Below, piece after piece: positions 60,237 through 64,000 of a stretch of DNA of 64,000 bases (its first letter is position 1; each line of letters opens with the position of its first letter). Position numbers and translations under genes: made by a program. Under the pieces are notes generated by a model. It did not search any database. It was not told the DNA's origin and saw only the letters and a list, made by a program, of their open reading frames with translations. Source of the DNA: Chiloscyllium plagiosum (lineage: Eukaryota); the NCBI RefSeq assembly GCF_004010195.1, contig NC_057730.1, forward strand, positions 46,357,609 through 46,421,608. The letters run 5' to 3'.

Positions 60237-62859
60237 ATAATTCCAATGCCTCTGGGAAGGATTGAGAAGGTGGGGCCTTTGTGTTAATCTTGGCCATTAT
60301 GGGAATGTAACTTATGCTGTTAGTGTCACAAACCAGCTGTCCAGCTAACTGACTCCCATGATTACTAGTATAAATTTGATCTTGTGTAAAAGGAAGATTG
60401 CAAAATGTAACTCTTGAAGTGCAGACCAGTACAACTTAATATATATGAATTATAGTAATGTCTAGAACCACTGTCGGAAGGCATTGACAGTCTAAACTTA
60501 CTGGGGACTTGAGATTTGAACTGATACGACTCTCATGAATTTTATTTAACCACTCCAATTAATACAATGGTACAGTTATTAAAAGTTACTAATAGCATTT
60601 CACAATGTGAAGTTATAGGAATCACGTACAAGCACTGAAGTGAATACATCAAAACAGTTCTTTTCAGAAAGATATTTACATTGCTGTAGACAACTGTATA
60701 TAGGCATTCTGATTTTGAAACTTCCAGTAGATTGAGTTCCAGACTCCTTGACCATATTTAGTTTTTGATCTCTCCTCCTGTTTTAAAATGGGTATGTCTC
60801 ACACGCTGTCTGAGCTTGGGTTTTCTCTCTAATTATGTAACTTTAATTTTGCAAAAAAGTATTTAAAGTTACATTAATGAAAGTTTTGCTCCTAGCAATT
60901 CCAACATTTGCTGTAGCTTCTCAAACCAGCAGCACTGTCTAGATTCGTCTGCACACTGTAAAATAAATTTGCAAGAAATCCCATGACATGCTGTTCAAGA
61001 GCCCACCAAAGGCCATTCTTGGAAACTGCAGAGCTGACTGACAGTTGACCTTTATTAGTTTTTTGAGGAAAAACTAAACATTAAGGTGTATTTCAATTTT
61101 CCGAGGTACTGCTGAACAGCTGCCTTTGTGTTGGGAAGGATTGAGGGGGCAAGGGGGAAAACAGGCTTTTCAATTTGAGTGCTTCAAATGTGTTGGACTG
61201 CTTCACCTGGCTTGATGGCATCATTGCTGGAGATCACCTTCAGCCTGTAGCTGATTAAAATTGCCTCAAACTCTCCCATCACGAGAATGTATTCCTTTCT
61301 TCGAGGTCAGCAGTGTGGTGTTGCTTTGCTACTGAAAGGTTTGGACCAATATCACTAACTATCGATGTTGGAAAACCAATTGTAAGTGCATAAGCATGCC
61401 CTTGTAATTATTTGGAAGTGTCATCACAATATTATTCCCGATCACTACTTGCCCCATCTTCCCCTAATAGGGAGAAAGGACATGTAACTGAAGTGCTGTA
61501 GCTTGCTTAACCATGAGACCACCAGGAAACTGTTCCACTTTTTGACATTGTATTATTCCATTAACACTATCTCAGACTTGGTACCAGGAGAGGTTGGTAT
61601 TTAATGCACAATAGGTTTGTTGGAAATTTATAGCAAATCTCCAAGTCTTTTTTCAATAGATACCAATTGCTTGTATTGCAAAATACTACAGTTGAGGTTC
61701 ATGACATTGACTATTCTAAATTAGACTGCATTTAGTCTTAATGTACCAATTCATATGCATACAAAAGTGCTAAAGGCTATTAATTGATTAACAATGCAAA
61801 CACTGTTATGTAAACTACTTGGTATAATTAACACGAGTCATAAACCTTAATGGCTTTAGCAAATTTAATCTGAGTTTTTGTCATGTTTCTTGGTAAAACC
61901 AGTGATTGTGGTTTTAATCTGCAGACAATTGATGCACCTTTTCATTTGCAGTTTTGTCATTAATTGACAAATGATCAAGGTCAAAAAGTAATTCCAAGAG
62001 ACCCCTCAGGCTGAAAAGTCAAAATTTTGTATCTAAATATCTAAAACTGAGCCTACTCTTCAGTAAACACGTTTATTTTGCTAAAATCTATGGTTCCATC
62101 AAATCTCTTGATCTTAATGTTACTTCTTCTGATTTGTGCTGTCATTGGCAGGTGATCATTTGGCCAATCAAGCCATTTTTAGCTGGACCTTCCCTGCAGC
62201 CTTGCATTTTTAAAGTTATTGTTGGTGTTATTCCAATTCCTTGTGAAAGCTGGAATTAAATCTGCCTCCACTACCTTCTGTCATTTTAAATGGATTTTTA
62301 CTCATTTCATACATCTCTCACTAAATTGTTAGCAATTTTTGCCTTCGTACAATTTTCTAGATCAGAAACAAATGCAGTTCCTGTTTTGCCATAAATGCAC
62401 CGAAACTTAGTTTTTAAAATATATGTGCCACCTTCAGTTAACTGTAATAATTTTTCACTAACATTTATAGCCTTCGGCATTCCAGAATAATGTAGATATT
62501 TTATTGAAGTAAAGTTGAGCTAATATTGGGTGTGTGTTTCAAGCAAGCCTTAGACAGCTTCTAATCAAATGGGCTTTTCCTAAATTGTTTGAACTGTTCT
62601 TAGCTGAGGTGGATTGATATTAGTCTGACGTTTTAGAAGGAAAGCTGTTAATATTGTTTGCTATGATCACAATCTCTCACTCTTCCTCTCCAGTTCAAAA
62701 CTAATCTCCTAGACACTGATTTTATAGTGCTTCATTTTTTATTGTATAAAATGAGACCATTTTGCATGTTGTCTGCACTGGCTCATGCTGCCATTTTTCT
62801 TGTACACTTGTTTATAAAACTATGGGAACCAGATGGTTTCATGTGTATATACACACGAA

Positions 62860-64000
62860 TGGAGATGGGTTGTGTAGTGCATCTGGTAGGTGATACATGC
62901 TATTGCCAGTTTGCATTACAGTTGTGGATGGGTGCCAGTCAAGTGGGCTGCTTTTGTCCTGGATGGTGTCTAGTCTCTTGAACACTGTTAGAGCAGCACT
63001 CATTTGGACAAGTGAGAAATATTAATCACATCCTGACTTGTGCCTTTTTGTATATAGACAACATTGAGGATTCATGAGTTGCTTACCACAGTGCCCGGCC
63101 TCCAACTTTGATTTGTAGCCATGTTATTTGTGTGGTCCTGTTCTGTTTTCCAGGTGAATGGCAGCCCTCAGATTATTTAATGGTGTAAATACCATTGAAC
63201 ATCAGAGGATAATGGTTAGACTCATTGGAGATTGTCAATGCTTCGTGCTTGGCATGAAAATTACTTGCCACTTATCAGCCCAAACCTGAATATTGTACAA
63301 ATTTTGCTATATATGGACATGGGTCAGTTTCTAAGGAGTTTTAAATGTTGTGCAATCATGAGCAAACATCCCCATCTCTGAACTTAATGATGGACAGAAG
63401 ATCATTGAAGTAGCTAAAAATTATTGAGCTTAGGACACGACCCTAAGGAACTCACGAAGTGATGTACTTGGACTGAAATCACTAACCTCCAGCAACCACA
63501 ACTATTTTTCTTTTGTGCTCAGTATGAATCAAACCAGTGGAGAATTTCCCCTAATTTACTATAGTCATTTTTGCTAGGGCTCATGGTGCTGAACAGGGTC
63601 AAATGCTGCCTTGATATAAGACGGCAGTCACTCATCTCTGCTCTCCTCCAGAGTTAGTCCTTTTGTTCATGTTTGAACCAAGACCCTGGTGGGGTCAGGA
63701 ACTGAAAGATCCCCCTCAAAACCCAAACTGCACATCTGTGAGCCGGCCAGTTCTTTGCAAATGGCATTTGGTACCACTGTTGATGATCCTTTCCATTACT
63801 TTGGTCAAGAGTAGACACAGGTGGTAATGGCCAAGTTGGATTTGTTTGTTTTAAGCACAGGACATATCTGAGCACTTTCTACATTCAGGGCAGATGTCAT
63901 TGTAGTTGTACTGGAAGATTTCAAGGCTTTTAAATAATAATTCATAAATCTGAGACTCTGCCAAGTTGCAGGCATCTTACTTTGTTTGATTTTACCCACT
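62860..64000 (-). mobile_element. decayed LINE (CR1/L2 group) RT region running off the window
   Basis: The minus strand has a degenerate [18 protein letters not shown] motif (~63400-63460) and DIKAAFD-like sequence near 63610. Confidence 0.65.

Noticed and set aside
60300-62800. EME2 last exons expected from human synteny
   Set aside because: The minus-strand candidates I translated gave no EME2-like peptide; the gene may lie beyond the window or be absent.

Overview
Vertebrate genomic DNA, most likely a shark or other elasmobranch, inferred from its HE1/V-SINE, CR1 and Penelope repeat content. Three spliced genes can be rebuilt with in-phase GT-AG junctions. IGFALS is on + (2 exons, 605 aa). 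NUBP2 is on - (7 exons, 272 aa). SPSB3 is on + (a probable upstream exon plus 6 coding exons, 356 aa). NUBP2 and SPSB3 share a CpG-rich bidirectional promoter, the same order and orientation as in human 16p13.3. The rest is mostly transposons: CR1 LINEs, V-SINEs, Tc1/pogo-type MITEs, a decayed Gypsy element, Tx1-like LINE ends and many Penelope-like elements (PLEs). Three signals stand out. (1) PLE insertions and a dense family of ~90-170 bp PLE-derived mini-elements carry minimal hammerhead ribozyme motifs, including near-perfect fold-back insertions in a NUBP2 intron and just behind the SPSB3 poly(A) signal. (2) At least four A-tailed retroposons are stacked at one repeatedly duplicated target motif (TAA[A/C]CAGGAGTGT) inside a Gypsy LTR, which suggests a site-specific Tx1-type element parasitising an LTR retrotransposon. 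(3) The ALS protein appears to lack the extra Cys pair of the mammalian LRRCT loop. Repeat boundaries are approximate, and family names come from recognising motifs, not from database searches.
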